DNA from: Mobula hypostoma
Taxonomy: Eukaryota
Direction: 5' to 3'
Assembly (NCBI RefSeq): GCF_963921235.1
Contig: NC_086097.1
Coordinates: 185,010,001-185,074,000 of the forward strand
DNA: 64,000 nucleotides
Below, piece after piece: positions 49,773 to 63,515 of the stretch (the stretch's first letter is position 1; the number at the start of each line of letters is the position of its first letter). A program made the translations under genes and the position numbers. Below the pieces are notes generated by a model. That model searched no databases. It saw only the letters and a list, made by a program, of their open reading frames with translations, and was not told the origin of the DNA.

Positions 49773-52700
49773 AGAGTCATAGAATACTACAGCACAGAAA
49801 CAGGCCCTTTGGCCTATCGAGTCTGCACTGAACCATTAATCTACCTAGTTGCATCAACCCGGACCTAAGCCATGGCTCTTCATACTCCTTTCATCCATGT
49901 ACCTATCCAAATTTCTCTTAAATGTTAAAATCGACCCCACATCTACCACTTGCTCTGGCAGCTCGTTCCACACTCTCAGTGAAAATGTTCCCCCTCATGT
50001 TTCCCTTAAAGATTTCACCTTTCACCCTTAACCCATGACCTCTGGCTATAATCTCCCCAACCTCAGTGGAAAAGCCTGCTTGCATTTACCATATTTGTAC
50101 CCCCCATAATTTTGTACATCTCTATCCATTCTAAGGAATAAAGTCCTAAACTATTCAACTCTTCCCTATAACTCAGGTCCTCAAGTCCCAGCAATGTCCT
50201 TGTAAATTTTCTCTGCACTCTTTCAATCTTATTTACATTTTGTGACCAAAACTGCAAGAAATATTCCAAATTAGGCCTCACCAACAACTTAAAAAATTCA
50301 GCATAGCATACCACCTCCTGTACTCAATACATTGATTTTACGAAGGCCAATGTGCCAAAAGCTTTCTTTATGACCCTAACTACCTGTGATGCCACCTTCA
50401 AGGAATTATGGACCTGTATTACCAGATCCCTCTGTTATACCACACTGTTCAGTGCCCTGCCACTCACTGTGTAAGACCACCCTGGCTGGTCCTCCCAAAG
50501 TACAATACCTCACACTAGTCTGTATTAAATTTTATCTACTATTTTTCAGGCCATTTTTCTAGCTGGTTCAAATCCCGCTGCAAACTTTGATAGTCTTTCT
50601 CGCTATCCACTGCACTCCCAATCTTGGTGACATCTGCAAATAAGCTGATCCGATTTGCCACATAATCATCCAGATCATTGACCTGCAGTAATGTGTAAAA
50701 GTCTTAAGCACCCTAGGTTTTTTAATATGGTATCAAATATTATGCTATCCACAGAGCCCTGATCTCAACATTACTGAAGCTGTCTGCAATTAACTGGAGA
50801 GACAGAAGCAATTGAGACAGCCAAAACCTGCAGAAGAACTGCAGTAAGTTCTCCAAGATGCTTGGAACAATCTACCAGCCCATTTTCATATAAAACTGCA
50901 TAACAGTATACCTAAGAGAAGTGATGCATTTTTAAAGGCAAAGGGTGGCACTCCAAATATTGATTTTATTTAGTTATTTTTACTGTTTACTCTTTATAAT
51001 ATTTTCTTTGAGATTTAGAAACTTTTCATTTCATTATTTTTGAAAGTATCTTCACTTAACAGGATTTTTTTATATGAGCTCAAGACATGAGCACATTACT
51101 GTAGATGACAAACAACAATGGATCCATTCCCTGTAGCACACCAGTAGTCACAGGCCACCTATCAGAGGGGCAAATGTCTAATCCAATTTACTGCTTCATT
51201 TTGAATGCCAAACAACAAACCTCTTGAGCAACCTCCCACGAGGAACTTTTTCATATGCCTTGCTGAAGTCCACGTAGACAACATCCACTGCCTTTCCTTC
51301 ATCACCTTGCCTGGTCACTCTATAAGATTGGTTAGACATGACCTACCATGCACAAAGCCATGCTGACTATCCCTAATCAGTCCCTGTCTATCCAAATACT
51401 TGTATATCAGTCTCTTAGAATAACGTCCAATAACTTCCCAGTACTGATGTCAGGGTCACAGGCTGATAACTTCCTGACATATTCATAATAGAGTCTTTCT
51501 TAAACAGTGGAATAACATGGCTATCCTCCAATCCTCCAGCACCCAACTCATTGTTAGGATGTTTTAAATATCTCTGCTAGGGCCCCTGTAATTCATGCAC
51601 TTGCCCACTCCCTCCCCACAGGGAGGGAACACTTTGTCAAACCATGGGGATTTATCTACCCTAATTTGCTTCGACAGCAAGCATCTCTTCCTCAGCTGGA
51701 GGTGTTAATAACCTCACTGCTGAATTTCTTCATATCTATAGACTCTGTGTCCACCTCCAAAGTAAATACAAGTGCAAAAATTATTTTAAGTTCCCCCCTT
51801 CTCTTTTGGCTCCATGCGTAGATTACAACTCTGACTTCCAGAGGACCAATTGTGTCCCTTGATTTCCTTTTGCTCTTAATTTATCTGTAGAAGCCCTTAG
51901 GATTCTCCTTCACCTTATCTACTAGAGAAACCTTATTTCTTCTGTTAGCCCTCCTGATTTCCTTCTTTCATTTCTTATACTGCAGAAGTAGCTTATTTGT
52001 TCCTACCTGCCTATACCTGCTATGCACCTCCTTCTTTTTCTAAACTAAAGTCTCATATCTCTCAAGATTCCATAAACCTGTTATCAGTGCCTTTTATTCC
52101 AGTAGGAACATACAAACTCTGTACTCTCAAAATCACACTTCTGAAAGCTTCCCATTTACCAAGTACATCTTTGCCAAAACAACCTAACCCAATCCACACT
52201 GGCCAGATCCTTTCTAATACCATTACAATTGGTCTTTCTCCAAATTTGAATCTCAACCCGTGGACCAGACCTATCTTTTTGCATATTTACTTTGAAATTA
52301 ATGGCATTGTGGTCACTGGATGCAAAGTGTCCCCTACACAAACTTCAGTCACCTCTCCTGTCTCTCTCCCCAATAGCAGATCCAGTATCGCACACTCTCT
52401 CATTGGGACATCTACATACTGATGAAGAAAATTTTCCTGAACACATTTGACAAACTCTATCCCATCTAGTCCTTTTACAATATGGGATTTCTAGTCAATA
52501 TGTGGAAAGTTAAAATCACCTACTATCACAACTTTATGTTTCTTGCAATAGTCAGTGATTTCTCTATAAATTTGTTCCTCTAAATCCTACAGACTTTTGA
52601 ATGCTCTATAATATAATCCCATAAATGAGGTCATACCTTTTTTAACCCTCAGTACTACCCATAAGGCCTCACTAGACAAGCTCTGCAGCCTGTCCTGACT

Positions 52701-54180
52701 GAGTTACACTGAGATATTTTCCATGACTATTAATGCCACCTCTCCAGCTCTATCACGTCTAAAACAGTAGAACTGGGAAACACTGAGTTGCCAGTCCTGC
52801 TCCTCCTGCAATGAAGTCGCACTGATGGCTACAACATCATAATTCTTCATGCTGATCCATGCCCCAAGCTCATTCACCTTTCATGTGTGCAGCTCAGAAC
52901 ATTAGGTCACCGTGCTCAATCTTCTCACTCCTGACCTTGTACGTAAGCTTAACATCTTTCTCCACAAACACTCCATGGTCTGTTCTGGTGCCCTGGTTCC
53001 AATCCCCCTGCAACTCTAGTTTACCCCCACCCCCATACAGCATGACTAAATCTTCCCATTAGAATATTAGACCCCTCCAATTCAGGTGCAAACCTTCCCT
53101 TCTCTACAGATCCCTGGAAGAGAGCCCAATGATCCAATGCTCTGAAGCCCTCCCTCCTGTACCAACGCCTTAGTCATGTGTTAAACTGCATGAATTTCCT
53201 ATTTCTGGCCTCAGTAGCGTGTGGCATGGGATCACAGTCCTGAAGATTCTATCCTTTACCTCAGCACCTAACGCCCTGAACTCACTCTGCAGGGCCTCAT
53301 CACCCGTCCTACCCATGTCATTGGTACCGATTTGGACCATGACCTCTGGCTGCTCACCGTTCTGCTTAAGAATGTTGTGGACTTGATCTAAGATGTCCCT
53401 GACCCTTGCACCTGGGAGGTAACATACAATCTGGAAATCTCATTCTTGTCCACTGAACCTCCATTCTGTTCCTCTAACCAATAAATCCCCTCTTAGTACA
53501 GCTCACTTCTTCTCCCCCCTTTCCTTCCAAGCCACAAGGCCAGACTCAGTACCAAAGACCTGCTCACAAAGGTAGGTTGTTATCCACCCCTCACAGTATT
53601 CAATGCAATACACTTAATATTGTGGGGAATAGCCACAGAGGTACCCTGCACATGCTGCCTATTCTCTTTCCCTCTCCTGACAGTCATCCTGGCACCTGTC
53701 TCCTGCAACGTAGGGGTGACTACCTTCCTGTAGCTCCTGTCTATCACTTCCTCATTTTCCCCTGTGAGCTGAATGCTATCAAACTGCAGCTCCACTTCCT
53801 TAACACAGTCGCCAAGGAGCTGAAGCTTGGTGTACTTTGTGCAAGGTGTAGTTATCAGGGAGACCGGAGGACTCTCAAAATTCCCATATCTCACACAAGA
53901 AATATACCATTAACTCTGGACCCATTCTCAGCACACTAGCTGTGTACTAACAGAAAATAATACTGAAAACTTACTTAGAGCCTGCGTCTATGCTTGTTGA
54001 AGCCTTTTTTCACGCAAGGCTGTTGAGCCAAAGTCGAACCACTTTAACCCTGACCTGCTCACATAATGGCCGCTCCGCTTACACCTCCTTTCTTTTTATT
54101 GGCTCAAACAACGACTCACTCCCGACGAGACTTACAGTTTTCAAATGGTTCTCGACCTGCAAGATGGCACTCTCTCATTC
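49773..54180 (-). mobile_element. Near full-length decayed CR1 LINE nested in an older + strand CR1 (49660-49770 and 54205-54725)
   Basis: 3' end CATAGAATACTACAGCACAGAAACAGGCCC; ORF2 remnants (LVRPNLEYFLQFWS, SSDHNAINF); ORF1 remnant at 53580-53894. The flanking + strand CR1 resumes after it. Confidence 0.8.
50686..51101 (+). mobile_element. Tc1-like non-autonomous remnant inserted in a CR1
   Basis: TIRs CAGTAATGTG / CACATTACTG followed by TA. Internal remnant PQSPDLNITEAV...LQDAWNNLP...KAKGG matches the Tc1 transposase C-terminus. Confidence 0.8.
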
Positions 54181-55877
54181 ATTACTTCAAACAGAAAGTA
54201 GCAAACGAGTATTGTGTATAGTTTTGGTCACTCTGTTATAGGAAAGACATTGTTAAACTGGAAACAGTAGAGAAGGGATTTATGAGGATGTTACATGGAT
54301 TAGAGGGATATAGTCATAGGAGAGATTGACTAAGCTGGAACTTTACTCCTCTCAGGACAAGAGAATGAGAAATGACCTCACAGAAATTTATAAAAGTGAA
54401 TGGATAACATGGACAGGCATAGTTTTTTTTTCTGCGGGGTTGTGGTGGCAAAGCTAGAGGGAATGGATACAAGGTAAGAGGGGATGGGAATTAAAAGAGA
54501 CCTGAGAGGTAACTGCTTTACCAAGAGGGTGGTGAATACCTGTAATGAGCTGCCAGAGGAAGCTGTTGAGGCAGGAACAATTGCAATGTATGAGAGGCAT
54601 TTAGATAGGTACTTAGAGGGTTATGGGTCCAACACAGACAACTGGGACTAGCAGGGAGGATGCTGTGGTCAGCATGGACCAGTTGGGCTAAAGGGCCTAA
54701 TTCTATGTTGTAATGCTTTATGACCTAAAACAGTCGTTAGAAATTCTAGATACTGATCTCCTTATTGGAAAGATGCTGATGCTAGTTGTAGGATCTCACC
54801 ACTTTTCCTGCTGAGATTAAGAAATTCAGCACATGTTGTGGATCAATCCAGTACCATTGTGGTGTGTACAGTTGAGTTACTTTCTGAATAAAATCAGGCT
54901 CATTAAATCACTGAATGAAGTAGGCTTTCATTAGTTGTTAGAGCAGAATAGGAGTTCTAATTGTAAATTTTAAAGCACTATCTTGGAGTAGAATGAAGCA
55001 GGAATTCAAATTACTCAAATAATTTACCAGGTGCAACAGTATAAAGGGACTGATTAACTAAACATACATCCCACATAGTAAATATGGAGATGGAAAGTGA
55101 GTAGAATTAAAATGCAAGGAGAAGATACTGCCAAAAGGTATAACCCACTTCAAAATAGGCTAAGTATTGTGTTTGTGTGAGATAAATTTAGATGTCACAA
55201 TTGATATTTACACAATTTTAGAATAAGGTTATGCTGAAATGTTGAACAAAAAGGTTTCTCATCACTAAATTGCATTTAGGAAAATGTGGGTTACAATATG
55301 CTGATAATCTTTCTCAAACTATGATTTTTTTTGTTTGTGTCGCAAATTGTTTTTCTGAATTATTTAAAACTATCAGTATTTGGACCATTTGTGTTTAGTC
55401 ATTGGAACCATAGTAGAGATAGGATCTCGAATTCAGATATGATAATTACAGATGTAAATGATAATTTTGCATCATATTACTCAAGCGCTATTGATGAATT
55501 GAAAATGGTCTGTCAGATCAATAAAGAATCACTTTGAATTTCTAGTGAATGTTGTGCAGATCAGGTACTTATAATTGATCTGAATAAAATGAGATGAGGA
55601 AATATAGAAAATTCCATCTAAAATTGGGCTGATTCTCTACTTCTATTCCATTTTCCTGCACTATCTCTATCCCTACATCCCTGGATATCCTAAGTATCCA
55701 AAAACATACTGATGCTTTAACAACTTTCCGGGATGGAGAGTTTCGAGCTCTGCGTGAAAACATTTCTTATTCCAGTCCTAACTAGCCAAATTGTTATTCT
55801 GAGACTGTAACCTTTGATCCCAGATGTTTCAGCTAGGGAAGCATTCACATTGCATCTAGTCTGTTAAACCTGTAAAG

Positions 55878-57787
55878 TAGGGCTCACCAACCCGTCGATC
55901 ACGATCGACCAGTCGATCTTTGAGACTTTCCCAGTAGATCCCGAAAAATATCAAAAATAAATACACAAATACTGTTGTAATGTGAGCATTATAAAAATAA
56001 GTAATACTAATTAGGATAATGATAATATAGGAATACTTTTGCTACAGAGTTGTTTGTAAAGAGAGATTGTTTCCGGGTTGCGGGGTTTTAGTTCCGTTCT
56101 TTCTGCCCAGTGCGCATGTGTGTAGCTCCCCCGCCATACACCGCGTTTTCAGTGTAGCTTGTGCTGCATCAAAGTGGTCCCCAACCCCCGGGTCGCGAAG
56201 AATGCAGCAGTACAGCGGTGGCTGGAACGCACCCAGCACATCTTTAAGAAAAAAAGCCAAAATAAACAAGCTAATTAATTAGGTGCCACCCGGCATGTAA
56301 ATGTCAGCCCAGATCAGAGGCGGCACCTAATTAATTAGCTTGTTTATTTTGGCTTTTTTTCTTAAAGATGTGCTGGGTGCGTTCCAGCCACCTCTGTACT
56401 GCTGCATTCTTCGCGACCCAGGGGTTGGGGACCACTGGGTAAGAGTACAGACTGTCGTAAACATCAATATACGGCACTCACTCGTGATATCCTGATAGCA
56501 TGGAGGAGGCTCCACGAAAGAAGGCGAAAACGTACAAATTCCATCCAGAATGAGAAGAGAAATTTCTATTTACCTTGGTGAAAGACAAGTTTGTATGTAT
56601 GTTGTGCCACCAAACACAAGCACTGACTAAAAGAGGGAATCTGGAGCGGCACCACAACACCAACCACCAGGAATTTAAAGACACCTACCCCCCCCCCCAA
56701 AGAGTGCAATTCGTGCCAGGAAAGTTGAGGAGCTGAAATCAGGGTTGAAGGCCCAGCAATCGTTTTTCACAAAACATGCTGCTCAAAATAAGGCTGCTAT
56801 TGAAGCATCATTTTCTGTAAGTCACCTTTTGGCTAAACACCAGAAGCCTTTTACAGATGGCGATTTATTCAAGGAAGCAATGGCCATTACCGCAGAGGCT
56901 GTTTTAAATGACTTTAAAAACAAAAACGACATCACAACCGCAATACATAATATACCGCTTGGCCCTGCAACAGTGACAAGGAGGGTAGAGTCACTGTAAG
57001 AGGACGTGGATATTTTTCACTACAATTCGATGAATCCCTGGATGTAATGCAAACAGCTCAGCTTGTTGTATTTGTCAGAATGGCTTTCCAGGATCTTACA
57101 ACAAAGAAGGACTTCCTCAGTCTTTTACAATTAAAGGAGAGAACGAGAGGTGAGGATATTTACAATGAGTTTAAAAAATATGTTCGTGAAAATGACATCC
57201 CCATTCATAAACTGGTGGCAATTACTATTGATGGGGCCCCAGCAATGCGCAGTGTGCATGTTGGTTTTATAGAACTGAAAGTCAGTGCCTACTTCAGGTC
57301 AACTTATCTATTGAAATTGCATTTTCACAGATGAAAAATTATTATATCTAAGTACAGGAGCTGTCTTACTGACAGACACCTCACAGACTGTCTCAGACTG
57401 GCTGTTTGTAGTTATGAGCCAAATTTCAGGGAACTAGCAATAAGTATTCAGCCGCAGTCATCACACTGAGTGCAACAGTCAATTTTTATTCATTTATTTT
57501 TTTGTGCTGAAATAAAATTAAATAATGAAACTTAGAATTAAAGGTGTGAAGTATTGTAATATTCTTAAAGAAAGATATGCTAGTTACAATGTTTTCTTGT
57601 TTGAATTAATTTGAAAGTTTGACAAAAGCATTTTGTGTAATTCAAATACAATTAGCCCAAATAAAAGGCCTCAAATTAGCAGTACAATCTGAGCTGTTTT
57701 TTTCTTTGGACGATTTAGTAGGTAGATCTTGCCTTTCACTAAGGTTGGGGTAGGGAACCTTGGGCTTAAAAAGGTTGGTGACCACTA
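55878..57787 (+). mobile_element. hAT (Charlie/SPIN-like) DNA transposon with decayed, internally deleted transposase
   Basis: Exact 8-bp TSD CTGTAAAG at 55870-55877 and 57788-57795; TIRs TAGGGCTCACCAACC / GGTTGGTGACCACTA. Pseudo-ORF 56500-57469 with CMLC...LERHH zinc finger, LQFDESLD, ITIDGAPAM, STYL and a QSSH stop end. Confidence 0.9.
56172..56437. repeat. Palindromic hAT-type MITE inside the hAT element
   Basis: 115-nt arms at 56173-56287 and 56322-56436 with 2 mismatches and a 34-nt spacer. Ends (C)AGTGGTCCCCAACC are Charlie-like. Confidence 0.85.
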
Positions 57788-58139
57788 CTGTAAAGGATGT
57801 GGGTTTCGATAGTAATTTCTCAGATTCTTTGAAACTAAATAATACAGGCATAATCTATGCTATCTTTTCTGTCTTTCAATGCACTCCCTCTATTGCAAAT
57901 TTATCTCTCCTAGGTCAGAAGCCAAAACTGTACAGAATAGTTGAGGTGTAGAAGCGTCAACACCTTTGTACATTTACAGAAAGATACTTTTGTCCAGGTT
58001 TCCTCTTGTAATAAAGGCCATCCTATATAGAACATAGAACAGTGCATCGCTGGAGTAGGTCCTACGCCCCATAATGTGCCAAACTAATAAAATTAATAGA
58101 CGAATGCCAAACTAAATTAATCTTTACTGCTGTACATTG

Positions 58140-59650
58140 TCATATCCTTCTTGAGATTTTTTTTCTGGCTGCTTTATAATCCCTAAGGATTCTATTTGAT
58201 TTTAGTTTCCTAAACCTTTCATATGCTTTCTTCTACTTTTTGACTAAGTTCATCACCTCTCTTGATATCCAAAGTTTTCTTACCTTGACATCTTTGTTCC
58301 TCCTTACTGGAGCATACCTATGCTCTGCTCTGTGCAGTTGGTCTTTAAACACTCTTCACATATCAGATGCAGACTTGCACAAAAATATCACTCCCAATTT
58401 ACTCTCCCTAAATTCTGCCTAAAACTCTTGTAATTTGTCCTACTCCAGTTTAATCATTTACCACAAGGTTCATACTTATCCTTAGCTGTAACTGTTTTAA
58501 AACTTACCGAGCTGGAATCACTGCTCACTAACAACTCACCCACTGAAAGGTCAATCGTACGGTCAAGCTCAACATTAGGTCCAGTATGACCCTTCCTCCT
58601 ACATATTGATTTAAGAAACTGTCTTGGAATTACCTAACAAATACTGCCCCATCTAAACCTTGTGCACGAAGGAGGTCCCAGTCTATATTAGGGAAGTGGA
58701 AGTCACCTACTATAAAAACCCTGTTGTTTTCACATCTTTCCCGAAGCTGACTGCATACGTGTTCCTCAGTGTCTCTGAGGGATTGGCAGGAGGGAGGTTT
58801 GTCTGAGAACAATCTGTCAGGGTGATGCACCTTTCTTATTTCAGAGACTCGGTGAATGAACCTCCATTATGCCCCCTCTGAGTGCAGCTGGGATATCATC
58901 CCTGACTAATAGTTCAATTCTCTCCCACCCATTCCTGCCACTTTTGCCTCCGGCTTGATCCTTTCTAAAACATTGAAATGTTGGAACATTAAGCATCCAT
59001 TCCTGTCCCTCTCTCAAACAAGTTTCTGTTATGCCCATAACATGATGGTTGTATGTACTGATCTCTGTTCTAAGTTTATCACCTTTACCCATAATGGTCA
59101 TAGCATTAAAATACACACACTTCAACCTGAGCATCCCATTGTGTCTCTCCTGCCTGTCCTACTGGTCATGACATCTACAGTACCTTCCTCTCAATCCCTC
59201 TTCTTTCTGATCTGGTTCACTGATTCCCATTCCCCTGCCAAAATAGTTCAAATCCTCCCAAGTAGCACCAGCAAACCTTCAGGCCAGGATATTTGTTCCC
59301 CTCCAGTTAAGGTGTAACCTGCCCCTCTTATATCGTCATTCCCATCCCCGAAACAGTTCCAATGATCCAGGGATTTGAAACCCTGCTACCACACCAGGTC
59401 CTCAGCCAATCATTCATCTATTATATTTTTCTATCCTGCACATCACACCAGAGTAATCCAGTAATTACTACCTTCAAGGCCATGCTTTTCAGTCCCTTTC
59501 CTCACGACACAGGATCCTGTTCTATTTATGCCATCGGTAACAATGACCTCCAGAAGCTTACCCTCTCCCTTAAGAATCTTCTGCAGCCGCTGTGAGACAT
59601 CTTCAACCTTGATACTCAGAAGAGAACGCACTACCTTAGCATCTCTTTCA
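58140..59650 (-). mobile_element. Decayed CR1 5' portion
   Basis: LKCVYFNAMTIMGK...GITETCL and VFIVGDFHFPNIDW endonuclease remnants. Confidence 0.72.
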
Positions 59651-60229
59651 CAGCCACAGCTATCGCTGGTCTGTTCGATCTTAATGGTTTGCTGCCGATG
59701 TACTATATGTTGGCTTTCCATGAGCTGTGTACAAGAAAATTGTTGTCTTTTTGAAGATCATCATTATCTAATCTCTGAACATTAAAAAATAATTTTGTGT
59801 TTCTATTTTGTACAAAATGGATATCCTCACATTTTCCACATGTACAGCCATGTTCTTGCCCTCTCTTTGACTTGGGTATATTCCACTGCTCACAATAACA
59901 CCTAGTTTTGTATCTTCAGCAGATGTGGAAATGTGGCATTTGGTCCACTCAGCCAGCTTCAGATTCGGATTCAGATTGATTTATTTATCACATGTTCATC
60001 AAAACATACAGTGGAATGCATTGTTTGCTTAACACCAACACAACCTAATGATGTTATGGGGGCAGCCCACAAGTGTCACCACACATTCCAGTCCCAACAT
60101 AGTAATAATATCCACAATGTTCAATGAAACAACACCAGCAAAACAAGCCCCTCTCCCACCCTCCCACCACTCATACAAACGGGCATCCAACCCCAGGACA
60201 AGTGGCCTCCAGAGACCTTGGCCCCTGAT

Positions 60230-63200
60230 TCTGAGGCTTTATAAGGCTGCACTTGGGGTATTGTGAGCAGTTTTGGGCCTATCTAGGGAAAGCTGTGCTG
60301 GCATTGGACAAGGTACACAGGAGGTCCTGGGAATGAAAGGGTTAATGTATGAGGAGCTCTGAGCCTGTACTCACTGGTTCAGAAGAGGGGGGACCTCAGT
60401 GAAGCCTATTGAATATTGAAAGACTTAGAGTGAATGTGCAGAGGATGTTTCCTGTTGCTGGGGAGTCTAGGACCAGAGGGCACAGTATCAGAAATGAAGG
60501 ACGTCTATTTAGAACTGCAATAAGGAGGAAATTTTTTTTTAGTAGTGAATCAAGTTGGTTGAAGCAGTCTTGAAGAGGACTTCATAGAATGCATCCATGA
60601 TGGCTTTCTTGGACAATTAAATTAAATTAAAGGCATCTGTTAGTCTTGTGAGACCATGGATCTGCACCTATAAAGTCTTCACTCTCCAGGGCGCAGGCCT
60701 GGGCAAGGTTGTATGGAAGACCGGCACTTGCCCATGCTGCAAGTCTCTCCTCTCCACAACGCCGATGTTGTCCAAGGGAAGGGCAAGGGCACCAGTGTCG
60801 TCGCAGAGCACTGTGTGGTTAAGTGCCTTGCTCAAGGACACAACATGCTGCCTCGGCTGGGGCTCAAACTCACAACCTTCAGATCGCTAGTCGAATGCCT
60901 TAACCACTTGGCCATGTGCCCACACTTTCTTGGACAATATGTTACTGAACCTACAAGGGAACATGCTAACTTAGATCTGGTCCTGTGCAATGAGACAGGT
61001 AAAATTAGTGATCTTGTAGTAAGGGATCCTCTTGGAAAGAGTGAAAACAGTATGATTGAATTTCTCATACAAATAGAGGGTGCAATAGTTCAATCTAAAA
61101 CAAGTGTATTGTGCCTAAACAACGGAGGCTACAATGGGATGAAGGAGGATTTGGCTAGTGTAGACTGGGAACACAGGCTATATGGTGGGACAGTTGAGGA
61201 ATAGTGGAAGACTTTCAAAGAGATTTTTCATAGTGCTCAGAAGTATATTCCAGTTAAAAGCAAGGTCAGTAAGGGTGGGTATTGCTGAGCAAACATGTGG
61301 GCTGAAGATAGTCCCCTGGTCATGATGGAATGCATCCGAGGGTGCTGAAAGAAATGGCTGAAGTTATAGCAGAGGCTTTGGTGATGATTCACCAAAAATC
61401 TCTGCACTCTGGGCAGGTCCTGGCAGATTGGAAGGCAGTGAACGTCACACCACTGTTCAAAAAAGGATGTAGTCAAAAGGCAGATAACTATAGGCCAGTT
61501 AGTTTAACATCTGTAGTTAGGAAAATGCTTGAAGCTATCATTAAAAAAATAGCAAGGCATCTGGAAAGAAATAGATCTATCAGGCAGACGCAGCATGAAT
61601 TCAGCAAATGCAGGTCCCGTATGACAAACTTTCAAAGGTTTCAGAGGTACATTTGATGTCAGAGAAGTGTATACAATATACATCCTGAAATGCTTTTTCT
61701 TCGCAACCATCCACGAAGAAGAGTGTCCCCAAAGTATGAATGACAGTTAAACGTTAGAACCACAAAGTCCCCCCAGCTACCCCCCCCACACATAAGCAGC
61801 AGCAAGCAGCGATCACCCATCCCCCCACCAGCAAAGTAAAAGCACCGGCACCCGCCACTGAGCAATCAAGCGTGAGCAAAACAACAGCAAAGACACAGAC
61901 TTGCAGTACTCCAAAGGCTACTCGTTCATCTGGTTTTTGACATACCACAGTCCCTCTCTCTTTCCCTAATAAGGGAGAAAGAGATGTCTCTGTTTCACAG
62001 CGAGAGGGGAGACATAACAAACAACTCGCTGGTCTACGATGTTAAAAGTCTGTTATGTCACCTCTTCCAAGCTCTGTGCCCAAAAATCTCAGGTCTCTGA
62101 GCACACAGCCTTAGATCTTCCATCTCCCATGACACACCAATCTTCTGCCTGGACACCGGCTTCCGATCCCCTCCATCTCCAAAGCCACAAAACCTTGGGC
62201 CTCCGAAAACAAGCAAAGCTACTTAGGCTGCATCTGTGGCATGCTAAACAATGGCTAGTCACGAAACCCCGAGAGCGGGTCCCATTCCCGCAAAGAACCA
62301 TAGTCAACGTGTAACTCCAGGTCAGGGTCTTCAAAAGAACCCTGAAAGGGAAAAATAGAGGTACAAAAGATAGAGATAGAGCTGTTTCTGAAGATGCAAG
62401 CAAAGGAGTTGCCCGTTAGGTGCCACTGTCTCTTCGAGTTTTTTGGGGATATAATGAGTGCAGTGGATAGAGGGGAACAGATGGACGTTATTTACTTGGT
62501 GTTCTAGAAGGCATTTAATAAAGAGCCACATAAAAGACATCCATAAGGTAAGGATGCATTGAGCTGGGGGTAATGTATTAGTATGGATAGAGGATTGGTT
62601 AACTAATAGAAAGCAGAGAGTTGGGATACATGGGCACTACTCTGGTTGGCAATCAGTGTTGAGTGGCGTGCTGCAGGGGCTGGTACTGGGCCCTCAGCTG
62701 TTCATGATTTATATTAAAGATCTGGAAGAGGGGACCAAATCTAGTGTATCTAAGTTTGCTGATACTAAATTGAGTGGTAAAATGCAGCTGTGCAGAGGGT
62801 CTTGGGAGTGCTTGTGCATGAATCACAAAAGGTTGGTTTGCGGGTGCAGCAGGCTATCAAGGTGGAAAATGGAATGTTGGCCTTCGTTGCTGGCGGGATC
62901 GAAATTAAGAGCAGGGAGGTTATGCTGCAACTGTACAGGGTACTGGTGAGGCCACACCTGAAGTACTGTGTGCAGTTCTGGTCTCCTTACTTAAGGAAGG
63001 ATATACAGGCTTTGGAGGCGGTGCAGAGGAGATTCACCAGGTTGATTCCAGAGATGAGGAGGTCAGACTACGAGGAGAGATTGTGTCACCTGTGACTGTA
63101 TTCACTGGAAATCAGAAGAATGAGAGGAGATCTTACAGAAACATATAAAATTATGAAAGGGGTAGATAAGATAAAGGCAGGAAAGTTGTTTACACTGGTA

Positions 63201-63515
63201 GGTGAGACTAGAACTAGGGGATATAGGCTCAAGATTTGGGGGTGTAGATTTAGGATGGAGACGAGGAAGAACTGCTTTTCCCAGAGTGTGGTGAATCTAT
63301 GGAATTCTCTGCCCAATGAAGCAGTGAAGGCTACCTCAGTAAATATATTTTAGACAAGATGGATAGATTTTTGCATAGTAGCAGAATTAAGGGTTATGGG
63401 GAAAAGGCAGGTAGGTGGAGATGAATCAATGGCCAGATCATCCATAATCTTATTGAATGGCAGATCAGGCTCAACAGGCCAGATGGCCTACTCCCTCTCC
63501 TATTTCTTATGTTAG
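60230..63515 (+). mobile_element. Decayed CR1 LINE(s) with nested SINE and an unclassified insert (about 61635-62430)
   Basis: EPTREHANLDLVL, HPRVLKEMAEVIAEAL, SGVLQGLVLGPQLF, LVRPHLKYCVQFWSP. Confidence 0.8.
60618..60924 (-). mobile_element. tRNA-derived SINE with CORE-like centre and probable RTE-type tail
   Basis: 14-bp TSD CTTTCTTGGACAAT at 60604-60617 and 60925-60938. The - strand has A box TGGCCAAGTGG, B box GTTTGAGCC, CORE-like TGTGTCCTTGAGCAAGGCACTTAACC and a (TTTAA)n tail. Confidence 0.82.

Noticed and set aside
60860..60924. tRNA gene
   Set aside because: The A/B boxes are the head of a TSD-flanked SINE; no complete cloverleaf seen.
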